Of a stretch of 64,000 bases of DNA, positions 20,238 to 30,729 are shown piece after piece; position 1 is the first letter of the stretch, and every line of letters starts with the position of its first letter. A model generated the notes under the pieces. The model did no database searches, was not told the origin of the DNA, and saw only the letters and a program-made list of their open reading frames with translations. Made by a program: the position numbers and the translations under genes. This stretch comes from an uncultured Thiopseudomonas sp. (GTDB lineage Bacteria > Pseudomonadota > Gammaproteobacteria > Pseudomonadales > Pseudomonadaceae): assembly GCA_964516465.1 (NCBI GenBank), contig CAZEZR010000002.1, positions 3,327 to 67,326 of the forward strand, given 5' to 3'.

Positions 20238-20534
20238 TTACATCAACTTTGATATGCCGTGAGCCAAGTCAAAATCCTTCTGCGATATACCGCCGGCATC
20301 GTGGGTGGTTAAATCGATAATCACCTTGTTGTAAACATTGCACCACTCGGGGTGATGGTTGGCTTTTTCCGCCAGCATGGCCACTTGAGTCATAAAAGCA
20401 AAAGCGGCTACAAAGTTAGGAAATTTAAACGTTCTGTGCAATTTTTCCGCTTGAATACGCCACAATTCCTCAGAGTCTTTATTGAGCTGTTTGAGCGCTG
20501 TATCAACTTCATTTTGCTTGAGCTTAGGAGTCAT
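20238..20534 (-). CDS. phhB: Pterin-4a-carbinolamine dehydratase
   Basis: [28 protein letters not shown]. Confidence 0.92.
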   Translation of the reverse strand: MTPKLKQNEVDTALKQLNKDSEELWRIQAEKLHRTFKFPNFVAAFAFMTQVAMLAEKANHHPEWCNVYNKVIIDLTTHDAGGISQKDFDLAHGISKLM

Positions 20535-20736
20535 ATTAACCTCTATAAATGTAAGGTACTAAAATTAACACGCAGCTTTCAGTCCTGCGAAAACACGCGA
20601 CAGAGCTGTTGTATCAATAATCATAGGGATTGCCGTAACGCAGCAGTGCTGGATGTCATTGAGTTTTTGAAAGGTGCTGATTGTAGAAACAACAGCGCCT
20701 TTCGTGCGCTTTATCCGCATCATTGCACCAGCTCAG

Positions 20737-21087
20737 CTAGCTAAATAATGCGCTATTTTCTTGGATAACAACCGCATCGTTATGCTCTTCATCCTTGGCG
20801 CCATAGACCAGCGTTACTTTGCCTTTGCTCAGCTCGTCTTTTAAGCTCTGAATTGCTGCGCTATTGTCTTTAAGCTCCTCAAGATAACGCTTTTTGAACT
20901 CACTCCACTTGTCTGGATCGTGAGCAAACCATTTGCGCAGCTCAGTGCTGGGCGCAATATCTTTCAGCCACAGATCAACCTGGGCTTTTTCCTTGGTTAA
21001 ACCTCGCGGCCAAAGCCGGTCGATAAGGATGCGCTTACCATCCTTATCACTGGGCTCTGCATAGACGCGCTTTATTTTGATCTTCAC
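20737..21087 (-). CDS. DUF488 (YeaO-like) protein
   Basis: [44 protein letters not shown]. Confidence 0.9.
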   Translation of the reverse strand: MKIKIKRVYAEPSDKDGKRILIDRLWPRGLTKEKAQVDLWLKDIAPSTELRKWFAHDPDKWSEFKKRYLEELKDNSAAIQSLKDELSKGKVTLVYGAKDEEHNDAVVIQENSALFS

Positions 21088-21102
21088 CTCCCACCCCCAA
21101 CC

Positions 21103-21825
21103 TCAGTAACCAGAAAACTCTTCGGTGCGGATATTATCCTCATCGACACCAGCGGTGATCAACATTTCAACCATTGCATAGACCATATCCCTGGGACCAG
21201 CCAGGTAGTAAATGGGGACGGTTAGATCATCAATGTATTTCAATAGCATATCTTCATCGATAAAACCCGTCTCGCCATCCCAATCTTGCTTGGACTTATC
21301 CATCTGCGTCATGGTGCCAATAAAGGTGTAATTCGGATTGTGCTGCTGAGCAGCCATCAACTCATCCAAAAACACCGCATCTTCCGGCCTCTTATTAGAG
21401 TCGAACAAGAAAATCTTATGCGGGAGCTGGTCGTGAGTGGCCTGAAGAATAATGCTTCTAGCAGGCGTCAGGCCGATGCCTCCGGTCAGAAAAACCGCAG
21501 GAGTGCTCTTGTTATTGTGCAGCGTGAACGAGCCGTGTGGCGCATCCAAGGTAATCTCAGTGCCAATCGGCATGTTTTTTAACACCCGTTTAAAAGCGCT
21601 ATCACGCATGCGAGTAGCAAACATTAACGACTCTTCATAAGGCGCATTGGCCAAAGTAAAGGTCCGTATATTGCCCTCGGCGTCGGTTTCTTCAGGGTTA
21701 ATTAAAGTCAGGTCAGCGTATTGGCCTGCTTTATGGGTAAACCCCTGTGGCTTTTCAAAGTAAAACGCCATGGTGCCATCGGCGATGTCTTCTTTTCTTT
21801 GTAATTTGACTGTATAGATCGGCAT
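21103..21825 (-). CDS. Ferredoxin-NADP+ reductase-like FAD/NAD(P)H oxidoreductase
   Basis: RTFTLA FAD motif, GGIGLTP, YYLAGP, EEFSGY terminus; probable ATG 21825. Confidence 0.88.
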   Translation of the reverse strand: MPIYTVKLQRKEDIADGTMAFYFEKPQGFTHKAGQYADLTLINPEETDAEGNIRTFTLANAPYEESLMFATRMRDSAFKRVLKNMPIGTEITLDAPHGSFTLHNNKSTPAVFLTGGIGLTPARSIILQATHDQLPHKIFLFDSNKRPEDAVFLDELMAAQQHNPNYTFIGTMTQMDKSKQDWDGETGFIDEDMLLKYIDDLTVPIYYLAGPRDMVYAMVEMLITAGVDEDNIRTEEFSGY

Positions 21826-22391
21826 AACACACCCCCTCTTATTTATTTCAATACAGGCCAGTGCACCAAGCAAACCTTAAACCAATCCAGCCATTTGAGC
21901 GCAGTCTCACTGAACCCACTGGCAAGCTTTCACCAGCCTTCAACTAATAATGACCTACTGGTCAGCTTTATGAAACCCTTTAAGGATTTAAACAGACAAC
22001 CCAACCTCATAGTGATGTCCAGTGAGAGTCCAAGCAGAGCTAAGCCTCAGTACGTAGAGAAAAACGGATACTCTTGAATTTGTTTACCCGCATATTTGCG
22101 CTATGCCGAACCTGCACAAAAGTAGTTTTGCAACAGCTCGCAGCAACTATCCCATGCATCACTGCCCTGTTATTACTCTACTGGTGCAGATCGCCCACTC
22201 GGCCAGCAAAAACCTATTAGTTAACTCACAATAGCTCGCAGCTAAAAATGCCCAGCACCTATTAAAAGCTTAGATAGAATGAACGAAAATACTGCTGCTT
22301 GTGAGTTTGGCATTCGATAGCACGCTAACAGTTCTATGGGTAATAGCCTATGATGACCGGACCTATACATTCTTTTACTTAAAGACCTTCC

Positions 22392-22805
22392 ATGATTTTT
22401 ATCAGCGACAGCATCAGTCTTGATGACCACGAAGTAGAGATTAGCGCGATTCGTTCGCAAGGCGCAGGTGGGCAAAACGTAAACAAAGTTTCCTCCGCCA
22501 TTCATCTACGCTTTGATATCAAAGCTTCCAGCCTCAGCGAGATTAATAAGCAGCGCTTATTGGCGAACAAAGACAGACGCATCACTAAAGAAGGGGTGCT
22601 GATTATTAAAGCGCAGCAATTTCGCACCCAAGAAAAAAACAGAATTGATGCGTTCGAGCGTTTACAACAATTTATAGTGCAAGCCACCCAGGTGAATAAA
22701 ACCCGTAGACCCACCAAGCCCAGCAGAAATGCACGACGCAAACGTGTGGAGCAAAAAAAGCAGCGCGGCCAGACTAAAGCCTTGCGTGGCAAAGTCGACT
22801 TTTAA
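22392..22805 (+). CDS. arfB: Alternative ribosome rescue peptidyl-tRNA hydrolase ArfB (YaeJ)
   Basis: RSQGAGGQNVNKVSS (GGQ), RTQEKNR, basic tail RRPTKPSR...KALRGKV. Confidence 0.95.
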   Translation: MIFISDSISLDDHEVEISAIRSQGAGGQNVNKVSSAIHLRFDIKASSLSEINKQRLLANKDRRITKEGVLIIKAQQFRTQEKNRIDAFERLQQFIVQATQVNKTRRPTKPSRNARRKRVEQKKQRGQTKALRGKVDF

Positions 22806-22913
22806 AGCGACTCTAAAACAGCAGCGGTCACTGTTAAGCTAAGCATATCCGCCACTGTGCAACCTTACTGCAGTACCCCCTTATTGCCGCCATCCTCTAG
22901 TTTTTCGTGACCC

Positions 22914-24206
22914 ATGCGTGGTCTACTGTCACATTGTTTCAACACTATAAGGCGCAAACAAATCAGTATGTTACCCATCACTCACAGCCGCAAAGACCCC
23001 AATCGTCTTACATTTATTCTGTTAATGATCCTGGTTGGACTTAATTTGCGTCCTGCTTTGTCATCGCTGGCGCCGCTGCTACCGCGGATTGAAAGTGAAG
23101 GCCAACTTTCGGTACTGACCCTGTCATTATTGACCACCCTGCCAGTGCTTTGCCTTGGGCTATTTGCCCCGCTAGCACCTTGGCTGGCACGACGCTTAGG
23201 GATGGAGCGCAGTCTAGCCTTATCGCTTATTATCCTCAGTACCGGCCTAGCACTACGTGGCATTGTCAGCATACCTACACTGTACCTCGGGACACTTTTT
23301 CTGGGAGCGGCCATCGGTATTCTTGGCACGTTACTACCCGCACTGGTTAAACGTGAACTGGCCGATAGCGCTGACTTAATGACCGGTGTGTATACCATGG
23401 CACTCTGCTTAGGGGGTGCTCTTGGAGCTGGCCTGAGTATTCCATTAGCCGATGCGCTGGGCAGTTGGCCGCTCAGCTTGATGTCGTGGGCAAGCTTTGC
23501 GCTCACCGCACTGCTGGCTTGGTGGTGGCTTATGCCGCAGCCAGCACCCGACCCCCAGCATAAAAGCACTACAGGCTACGCTCGGGTGCTGCTAAAACAG
23601 CCTTTAGCTTGGCAAGTAATGTTGTTGATGGGCAGTCAGTCCTCACTGGCTTATATTGTTTTTGGCTGGCTCCCGACACTATTGGTGAAGCAAGGTTACA
23701 ACGAGCATGAAGCCGGTTGGCTGATGGCTGCCTCCATTATGGTGCAACTGATTTCCGCCATTACTGCACCTTGGCTAGCACGTATGGGTAAAGACCAACG
23801 GCCTGCCATTATCTTCGCCCTCAGCCTGGTTGGTCTGGGCTTGTTTATCTTATTGCTCGGCCCTGCATCATTGCGTTGGCCGGGCGCAATTTTGCTCGGT
23901 CTAGGTCAAGGCGGCTCATTTAGCTTGGCGCTGACCTTAATTGTGCTGCGCAGCGGTAACTCTCAAATAGCAGGTGAACTGTCCGCATTGGTGCAAGGCG
24001 GCGGTTATACCCTCGCAGCCATGGGACCCTTGGTTGTTGGCCTGATGATTGATGCCGAGATAAGCATTCAAGGGATCACTTGGGTCTTACTAACGGTGCT
24101 GGCTTTTGCCGCAGCAATGGGATTGCTAGCTGGCCGTCAGCGGCGTTTAGAAACTGATGAGAAAGGCACATTGGTCACAATCAATCAGCGCCACAGTATT
24201 GACTAG
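22914..24206 (+). CDS. CynX/NimT-family MFS transporter
   Basis: GLNLRPALSSLAP, LTTLPVLCLGLFAP, QGGGYTLAAMGP; about 12 TM segments; start may be 22968. Confidence 0.88.
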   Translation: MRGLLSHCFNTIRRKQISMLPITHSRKDPNRLTFILLMILVGLNLRPALSSLAPLLPRIESEGQLSVLTLSLLTTLPVLCLGLFAPLAPWLARRLGMERSLALSLIILSTGLALRGIVSIPTLYLGTLFLGAAIGILGTLLPALVKRELADSADLMTGVYTMALCLGGALGAGLSIPLADALGSWPLSLMSWASFALTALLAWWWLMPQPAPDPQHKSTTGYARVLLKQPLAWQVMLLMGSQSSLAYIVFGWLPTLLVKQGYNEHEAGWLMAASIMVQLISAITAPWLARMGKDQRPAIIFALSLVGLGLFILLLGPASLRWPGAILLGLGQGGSFSLALTLIVLRSGNSQIAGELSALVQGGGYTLAAMGPLVVGLMIDAEISIQGITWVLLTVLAFAAAMGLLAGRQRRLETDEKGTLVTINQRHSID

Positions 24207-24535
24207 CAGGATTAGAGAATGATCATGACCTTAGAGACACATGATATTTGTCAAGCTCCTTGCTGGCTGCAATGGAACCCACTCAGGTAAAAACACTCTT
24301 ATCTGTACGTGCTAAAGTAAGCTCAAACAACTTGTGACTAATCGGTCACAACTGTTGTATATTAAGCGTATATGTGATGCCTGCCCTGTGGGTTGGAGTC
24401 GGTGCGAGAGTGTAGTCAGACCACCTGTTATCCGTAGTTTGCTGAGGGCATCAAGGTTTTATATTGAGAGCGCAACCGGCAAATCAATATAAGTAAGAGA
24501 GCCGAATGCTTAAATAGATCGCAGAGGTATCTATT

Positions 24536-25057
24536 ATGCCAATTGAAGATGCAATATCCGGTGAAAACTATTCACACAAGGTCACTGCAGAATTTGCTAG
24601 CCAAATCGAAGCCGACAATGCAGTGAAAACATTGATTGATCAAGCTGGACTACCGTCAGCGCAAATTACCGTAGTCCAGCCACATGATCCAAATATGGCA
24701 CGTAAAATTGAGCCGGAAACCAAAGGGATTGGCCGCTCCTTAGCCAGAGCACACGTAACCTTAGGACTCGGCGGATTGGTGGCGGGTTTGGTGTTAGCCG
24801 CCATACTGGTAGCAGTGGGTCCTGAAGCCACACAGTCAAGCCCCCTTATGACCTTTATGGCACTGGGTTTCCTGTTTGCTATGCTAGGTCTACTGCTTGG
24901 CGGTGCCGTATCATTACGCCCCGATCATGATCCTATGATTGAGCATACCCGCACGGCAACAGATGCAGGTAAATGGACGGTAATAGCCCACTGTACAAGT
25001 ACTGAGCAGCAAGATACCGTTAAAAATGTCATAGATTATAGCGCACAAAGTTTGTAA
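24536..25057 (+). CDS. Hypothetical two-TM membrane protein
   Basis: AGAGG RBS; soluble N-terminal domain, two Gly-rich TM helices, LRPDHD motif. Confidence 0.75.
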   Translation: MPIEDAISGENYSHKVTAEFASQIEADNAVKTLIDQAGLPSAQITVVQPHDPNMARKIEPETKGIGRSLARAHVTLGLGGLVAGLVLAAILVAVGPEATQSSPLMTFMALGFLFAMLGLLLGGAVSLRPDHDPMIEHTRTATDAGKWTVIAHCTSTEQQDTVKNVIDYSAQSL

Positions 25058-25203
25058 GAACCCATGGTTCTAAGGAGGCGATAAAAAGCCTCGTTAGAGC
25101 CTGGGCCCAGCGTTTAAAAGTAACTGGTAGTTGAGCATCTCCGTGCTTGCTGTTGAAGCTAAAACAGGCCTTAATCACTCTTCACAAAGCATCATCTCTA
25201 CGA

Positions 25204-26139
25204 CTACTGTGCAGTTTCAGTTGAGCGCGATGCGTTGTTATGAGCCTTGGCCAGCCAAGCCTGCAGCAATTCACGTAGCGTCGCCGCAGTGGGCTCAGCT
25301 TGAGTCAATATCTCATTGATGCGATGAAAATGTGGCAGTCGCACACTCGGTGCTTCAGGCTTGAGAAGAATATCAGGCGGCTGGTGGCGCAGCGCTTGAC
25401 GGGTAATCGATTGCTGCATAATTTTGAAACTGTTAAACAGCATATCGCTCAGTCCCAATTCTTGCCCATTGTTGGGCTGGTGATTACCCGAAACATCCAC
25501 AGCAATAACTAGATCAACCTCTCCTTGCAACAAATCAAAAGGCAATGGATTAGAAGTACCACCGTCGATCAACAGATGTTCACCACGACGGACTGGCATA
25601 AACAGTCCAGGCACCGCCATACTTGCCTCAATTGCTGGAAATAGCTCACCCTCACTGATAGCTACGCTATCCGCTGTCCAATAATCGGTCGCCACCACAG
25701 TGAGGGGAATACGCAACTGCTCAAAGGTTCGAGTCTCTGTATGCGCGGCCAGCAGATGCATAAAGCTGCCGGAGTCGAGCAAGCCTCCTCCGTTACGCCA
25801 GAAACGCAGCAGTGTTGCCAGCTTCAAATCTGATTTAGCTAAACCAGAGAACGCATCCAGCGGTGAGCCAGCCACAGCGGCAAAGATGCCCTGGATCTGT
25901 TGCGCAGAAAGCCCTGCAGCATAGAGTCCGCCAATCACTGCGCCGATACTGGTGCCTGTGATACGGTCTGGCACAATACCCAGCTCATCGAACACTTGGA
26001 GGATAGCGATATGCGCCAAGCCATTAGCCCCGCCGGAGCCCAATGCTAAGCCAATGGTCGGTCGAGGCGCCAGTTTATCTGATTCTCCTGTCACCCTCTT
26101 AGCTAGCATCTGCAGCCCAGTGGCAATGAATGATGTCAT
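25204..26139 (-). CDS. Patatin-like phospholipase
   Basis: LGSGGANG, GTSIG, DGG motifs. Confidence 0.92.
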   Translation of the reverse strand: MTSFIATGLQMLAKRVTGESDKLAPRPTIGLALGSGGANGLAHIAILQVFDELGIVPDRITGTSIGAVIGGLYAAGLSAQQIQGIFAAVAGSPLDAFSGLAKSDLKLATLLRFWRNGGGLLDSGSFMHLLAAHTETRTFEQLRIPLTVVATDYWTADSVAISEGELFPAIEASMAVPGLFMPVRRGEHLLIDGGTSNPLPFDLLQGEVDLVIAVDVSGNHQPNNGQELGLSDMLFNSFKIMQQSITRQALRHQPPDILLKPEAPSVRLPHFHRINEILTQAEPTAATLRELLQAWLAKAHNNASRSTETAQ

Positions 26140-26183
26140 ACTCGACCCTCGGCACCGTGTCGCATAAAATTAATTTTAAAGAC

Positions 26184-26217
26184 AAAAAAAGGGCAAGCCT
26201 CGTAAGACTTGCCCTTT
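26184..26217 (-). terminator. Intrinsic terminator of the cold-shock gene
   Basis: AAAGGGCAAG..CTTGCCCTTT stem followed by T7 on the minus strand. Confidence 0.85.
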
Positions 26218-26236
26218 GAGTAAAGCTAACTATTGC

Positions 26237-26446
26237 TTAAATAGCTACAATACTTTCAGCCTGAAGACCTTTTTGGCCTTCAGTCACAACAAACTGTACG
26301 CGCTGACCATCTGTTAGCGTTTTAAAGCCATCGCTAATAATTGCACTGAAGTGAGCGAAAACATCTGGACCAGATTCTTGCTCGATAAAACCAAAGCCTT
26401 TCGCTTCGTTAAACCATTTTACCGTGCCGGTAGTTGTATTAGACAT
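26237..26446 (-). CDS. Cold-shock protein (CspA family)
   Basis: [29 protein letters not shown]. Confidence 0.96.
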   Translation of the reverse strand: MSNTTTGTVKWFNEAKGFGFIEQESGPDVFAHFSAIISDGFKTLTDGQRVQFVVTEGQKGLQAESIVAI

Positions 26447-26610
26447 AATAATATCCTGAATTTTATATATAAAATCGCCTTCAATGAAGGCTTGAATAGC
26501 ATAAAAAATATAGATTTGAACTTAGATACTGCAAGACGGGATTACGAATAATACAACGAACATGTAGGATGTAAATCAGATACTGCTTTCTAGCTGCCGC
26601 CAAGTCTATA
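26447..26610 (-). promoter_or_regulatory. Long AT-rich 5' leader of the csp gene, possible RNA thermosensor
   Basis: ~160 nt leader with GCCTTCA/TGAAGGC hairpin; TAGACA and TAGACT/TATAGA promoter-like boxes near 26605-26632; long leaders are typical of cold-induced cspA. Confidence 0.45.
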
Positions 26611-26717
26611 GAGCTTGTCGAAGCCTGTCTAGCGGTTTACTTCAACACGGTTTAAAGTTGGGGCGCATCAACGCCCCTGTTAAGCATATGCTATAGCCCG
26701 AGCATCCATCAGCAGTA

Positions 26718-26936
26718 TTACTTTCTACCGCCGGCTACCAACAGTAAGCCACCGGCAAAAATGGCAACAACTCCAGCCCACAATGGAATGTTAACGTTTT
26801 CTTTTTCTTTTGCCGTCAGCTCAACAGAGCCCAACTTAACCACGGTGGTGTCTTTTGTATAGCTAAAACCACCATAGGCAAGACCTAATCCACCGGCAAT
26901 AATCAAAACAAGTCCAAGAATTTTAATCGTGTTCAT
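26718..26936 (-). CDS. Small two-TM membrane protein
   Basis: AAGGAG RBS before ATG 26936; GLVLIIAGGLGLAYGGFSYTK...IPLWAGV. Confidence 0.8.
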   Translation of the reverse strand: MNTIKILGLVLIIAGGLGLAYGGFSYTKDTTVVKLGSVELTAKEKENVNIPLWAGVVAIFAGGLLLVAGGRK

Positions 26937-27158
26937 TGTGTGAGCTCCTTTATGTATGTGTCCAAACCTAAGTACCACAGACGCTTGGTTAAACATTTAA
27001 TAGCCAGAAAACATGAACTGACCTGCGCTCAGACTATACCACCCTAAATCCTACTCGAGTGACTTTAGTGAGCAACACCTAATGTTTAAAAAGATCTCCA
27101 GCAAAGCGCTACAGCATTCTAGACTCGTGCAAAACGCAGATGAGCTTTTCTCAACAGG

Positions 27159-27776
27159 CTAAAAAACTTCTAATAGTTCAAAACCATCCAAAAACAGCGT
27201 AACTGCAAAGATAGCCAGCAGCGCTGCCAAAAACCTCATGACATATATATAGGCCCTACCGCTCAATAAAGCACGATACTTGCCGAGTAAAATTGCCATT
27301 AATATTTTTGCACCGACTAATGGTAGATAAAAACCTAGGATAAACAGCAGTGGCGCGAAGGTATTCACAGCCGCTGCTTTTATAATCGTCGGTGCCCCAA
27401 CGGTCAGCCAGAACAAATAAGGATGTGGGCTCAACACATTGGTCAACACGCCTTTCGTTAGAGACTGCGGTTTTTCGTCCCCACACTGGCTGCTCGGTTG
27501 TTTTAATCTGGCAGTGTCATAAGCCAGATAAAAAATATAACCGCTGCCTAGCAATGACAGCAGCCCAACAATATTATTAAACCCCGCTAACTGCCCCACC
27601 AGCACAAGCATCAATAGAATAATAGGGGCATCAGACGCTATTGGTGCTAAGGCCACTTTGACCCCTGCTGCAACGCCATACTGTAAAGACTGCGCAATCA
27701 CTAAGGTTAATAAGGGCCCAGGTGACAACCCCGCAGCGAGCCCCATAACCAGTCCAAAACTTAAGAAATACTCCAC
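27159..27776 (-). CDS. LysE-family translocator
   Basis: GLSPGPL, SDAPII, TNVLSPHPYLFW. Confidence 0.88.
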   Translation of the reverse strand: MEYFLSFGLVMGLAAGLSPGPLLTLVIAQSLQYGVAAGVKVALAPIASDAPIILLMLVLVGQLAGFNNIVGLLSLLGSGYIFYLAYDTARLKQPSSQCGDEKPQSLTKGVLTNVLSPHPYLFWLTVGAPTIIKAAAVNTFAPLLFILGFYLPLVGAKILMAILLGKYRALLSGRAYIYVMRFLAALLAIFAVTLFLDGFELLEVF

Positions 27777-27949
27777 GCCAGCTTAAATCCTATAGAGTGC
27801 AACGAGTCATATGCCTGAGAAATGGCGACAACCTGCATAACTTTACGCTAGAAGTAACGCTTTGATGGTGGACTTACCTATAATCAATAAAAACGCGCTA
27901 CTTCTTATGGCCTGCGCGCTTTTGCATAAAGTCCGAGTGCTATTAAACC

Positions 27950-28633
27950 TTAACTCCACGGCTTTTGCGCCAAGAAAATTGTATGGCGACTGCCCTTACC
28001 CGGCCTCGCTCTCACGGTACGCACTGTCACGGCGAAGCCAGCTTTTTTGAGTTGAATCGGAAATAATGAATCTGCGCCAGCAGACCATACCGCCAACATT
28101 CCCTCAGGACGTAAACTGTTATATAGAGCCGTTAGGCCGCTGCTGGAATACAGCCAATTATTGTTGCTATGGGTAATCCCTTCCGGACCATTATCAACAT
28201 CCAGTAAAATGGCATCAAAACTTGGTTGCTGCATTTTTATGAGCTCTGCAATATCACCTAGACGTACTTGGCAGCGCTGATCTGCTAAGGGATTGCCAGC
28301 ACAATCACCAAGCGGGCCTTGGTTCCACTCCACCACCTCTGGAATAAGCTCTGCTACAGTCACTTGCGAGTTTTCCGTGACACACGCAAGTGCTGCGGCC
28401 AAGGTATACCCCATGCCCAAACCACCGACTAAAACCTGTACATGGTCTTTATTGTGCAGATGCGCACAACCGAGCCTCGCCAACTCCTGTTCGGAATTAT
28501 ACATACGGCTATTCATTAACTCTCCGCGCACCCCAGACAGTCGAATAGAAAACTCATCTTCACGACGAAATAGAGTTAACTCTCCGCCATTGTTGGGAAT
28601 AATGGCTAGCGCAAGCTTGTGTAATGGCTTCAT
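27950..28633 (-). CDS. Spermidine-synthase-like SAM-dependent methyltransferase
   Basis: ELMNSR, VLVGGLGMGYT, DAILLDVDNGP. Confidence 0.85.
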   Translation of the reverse strand: MKPLHKLALAIIPNNGGELTLFRREDEFSIRLSGVRGELMNSRMYNSEQELARLGCAHLHNKDHVQVLVGGLGMGYTLAAALACVTENSQVTVAELIPEVVEWNQGPLGDCAGNPLADQRCQVRLGDIAELIKMQQPSFDAILLDVDNGPEGITHSNNNWLYSSSGLTALYNSLRPEGMLAVWSAGADSLFPIQLKKAGFAVTVRTVRARPGKGSRHTIFLAQKPWS

Positions 28634-28785
28634 TTGATCTCGTCGTGGTTAGATGTTTTGATGGCGCAACTGTAAAGTTGTTTGCGCCCAGAAGCTAGCA
28701 AGAATAACGCTTACAGCTTGAACGCGGAAGACTAGAAAAAATGAGCGGTGCACTGCAGCTAACAGCTGACAGTTAAATACGTCAC

Positions 28786-29625
28786 TTAGAAACTCACCGA
28801 GAGCTGGCTGGTGACCCCGCGCTGATTGCCATCGCTGGTGAGTCCTAAAATGCCACCCACTTTTAAAGAAGCGTTTTCAGCCAGTTGAATAATCAGCTCT
28901 GGCATTAAAGTCACTGCGTTATGGTCATTAAAGCCGCCTAAGTAGGTGAGCTCAAGGGCCGGACGCACATATTGCCCCCAAGGTTTGAACACAACCGCTC
29001 CTTTGATATCTGCCCACGCCCAGACATCGATGTCGCGCGGGTGCAGATCATCCGCGTCAAAATAATAACGGAGCCCCGCATTTAACAGTAACTGTGTCTC
29101 ACCCTCATGGATATCCTTGTCCATTTTAATACCCAGCAAAAAAATCTTACCGGTGTGGTTGTAATAATCGTTGACGGTGGTATCCAACACAGCTGTGCGC
29201 ATTCCGCCACCTACGGCATAGGCCAGGTTGAAGCCCGATTCTTCAGCAAAATGTGTTTGTTGTTCAAACTGCAGGGTTGCGTAATCAAACACCCCGCCAT
29301 AGCCATCAATATCAATCGGCCGCCCGTCTTCTTTCCAATAAGCGTCACCCTTGGTGTAAAAGGGCACTGAAAATCGAATTTGCTTATCTGTGGCAAAGGG
29401 CGCAGTAAGTTCAAATGCTGCACTATAACCATCAAAACCATCGGCCTCACCCAGTTCAACATCATTAAAACTATGCGCTGTAAGCTCTGCACTGATATCA
29501 ATCTGAGTTTGTGCTGAGCGGGTGCTGATGGGCTGCAAGGTAGGGTTTTGCGCCAAAGCTGTTAACGAAGCAGAAAGTAAGCTTGCTGCAAAAAATATTT
29601 TAAAACCGTAGTTGTGGGCTGTCAT
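28786..29625 (-). CDS. Hypothetical exported protein, probable outer-membrane beta-barrel
   Basis: Signal peptide (ALA-Q), alternating amphipathic strands, C-terminal QLSVSF. Confidence 0.65.
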   Translation of the reverse strand: MTAHNYGFKIFFAASLLSASLTALAQNPTLQPISTRSAQTQIDISAELTAHSFNDVELGEADGFDGYSAAFELTAPFATDKQIRFSVPFYTKGDAYWKEDGRPIDIDGYGGVFDYATLQFEQQTHFAEESGFNLAYAVGGGMRTAVLDTTVNDYYNHTGKIFLLGIKMDKDIHEGETQLLLNAGLRYYFDADDLHPRDIDVWAWADIKGAVVFKPWGQYVRPALELTYLGGFNDHNAVTLMPELIIQLAENASLKVGGILGLTSDGNQRGVTSQLSVSF

Positions 29626-30130
29626 GATAAGACTTCCTGCATTACAAATAACCTGAAAAATTCTTAAGTAAATGATTCTAAAAACCAGCGCGACGGAGCA
29701 ATATACGCCTCACTTTAAAACCGATCTATCTTGTCTTAGCAACATTCTGACCCATGGGGCGCTTAAGCTTAGTGTCATTTTCCAGCAAAAAGGTCCATAG
29801 CGAGTGATATGTCTAAGCACCAGCTGCATCACGGCATCGCAGCCACTGTCTTAGCGCGCGCGACGATACGCCACCGTTTAGGTTAAGGTCCAGCTTGATG
29901 GATGGGTACGCTATCTGTGTTGAAGGCTATAATGACGGCTTGCAGCTCTGCAGCTAAAACAGCACCTGAGTTTGCCTTGTGGCCAAAGAGTTGCACTGTA
30001 GATAAATTATTGCAGCGCTTACTGCACCCTTTAGTCTAGAAGAGTTACTAAGCTCTGCTTGTGATGATGATTATGCTTCGCAGCCATAGGTAATGCAGTA
30101 ATTTTCAGCACCAATAGCTCCTGAATAAAT

Positions 30131-30218
30131 GCATAACAGCCTGCTAAGCGGGGGTTTATGTTGGCTATATTTATCTAGCAATGGCCAACTGTGACTTTCC
30201 ACTTAGCAAGCGCTATGA
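30131..30218 (-). mobile_element. Degenerate attC-like site downstream of dps
   Basis: Minus strand: TCATAGC..TGCTAAGTGG..GTTGGC..GCCAAC..CCGCTTAGC-AGGCT-GTTATGC; nested inverted repeats; AGGAG RBS just after the GTT core. Confidence 0.6.
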
Positions 30219-30227
30219 CTTTATAAC

Positions 30228-30698
30228 TTACTTACGCGTTACCCGCAGCATCCATGCGGTTTTCTCATGGATACGCATACGGTCGGAAACCAAGGCCGCC
30301 GTCGACTCATCATCTGCTTGCTGTGCTACTTTCAAAACCTCACGGGCAGTTCTTACCACCTGCTCGTGTCCTTGAGTTAGCAAATCAACCATTTCCAATG
30401 AGTTAGGCACGCCATCGACTTCTTTAACTGAACTCAGCTTGGCGAACTCTTTATAGGTTCCCGGCGCAGCAACACCCAGCGTACGGATACGTTCAGCGAT
30501 ATCATCAACCGCAACCGCTAGCTCAGTGTAATGCTCCTCAAACATTAAATGCAGTTCACGAAACTGCAGCCCAGTTACGTTCCAGTGAAAGTTATGGGTT
30601 TGTAAATAAAGCGTGTATGAATCAGCTAAAAGACGCTTTAAGCCATCGGCTACTGCTAATCTGTCTTCTTTGTTAATACCAATATTTATCTCAGTCAT
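30228..30698 (-). CDS. dps: Dps family DNA-protecting ferritin-like protein
   Basis: [36 protein letters not shown]; probable ATG 30698. Confidence 0.95.
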   Translation of the reverse strand: MTEINIGINKEDRLAVADGLKRLLADSYTLYLQTHNFHWNVTGLQFRELHLMFEEHYTELAVAVDDIAERIRTLGVAAPGTYKEFAKLSSVKEVDGVPNSLEMVDLLTQGHEQVVRTAREVLKVAQQADDESTAALVSDRMRIHEKTAWMLRVTRK

Positions 30699-30729
30699 TT
30701 TATTACCTCTCATTTAGAGTAGTAGTGAA

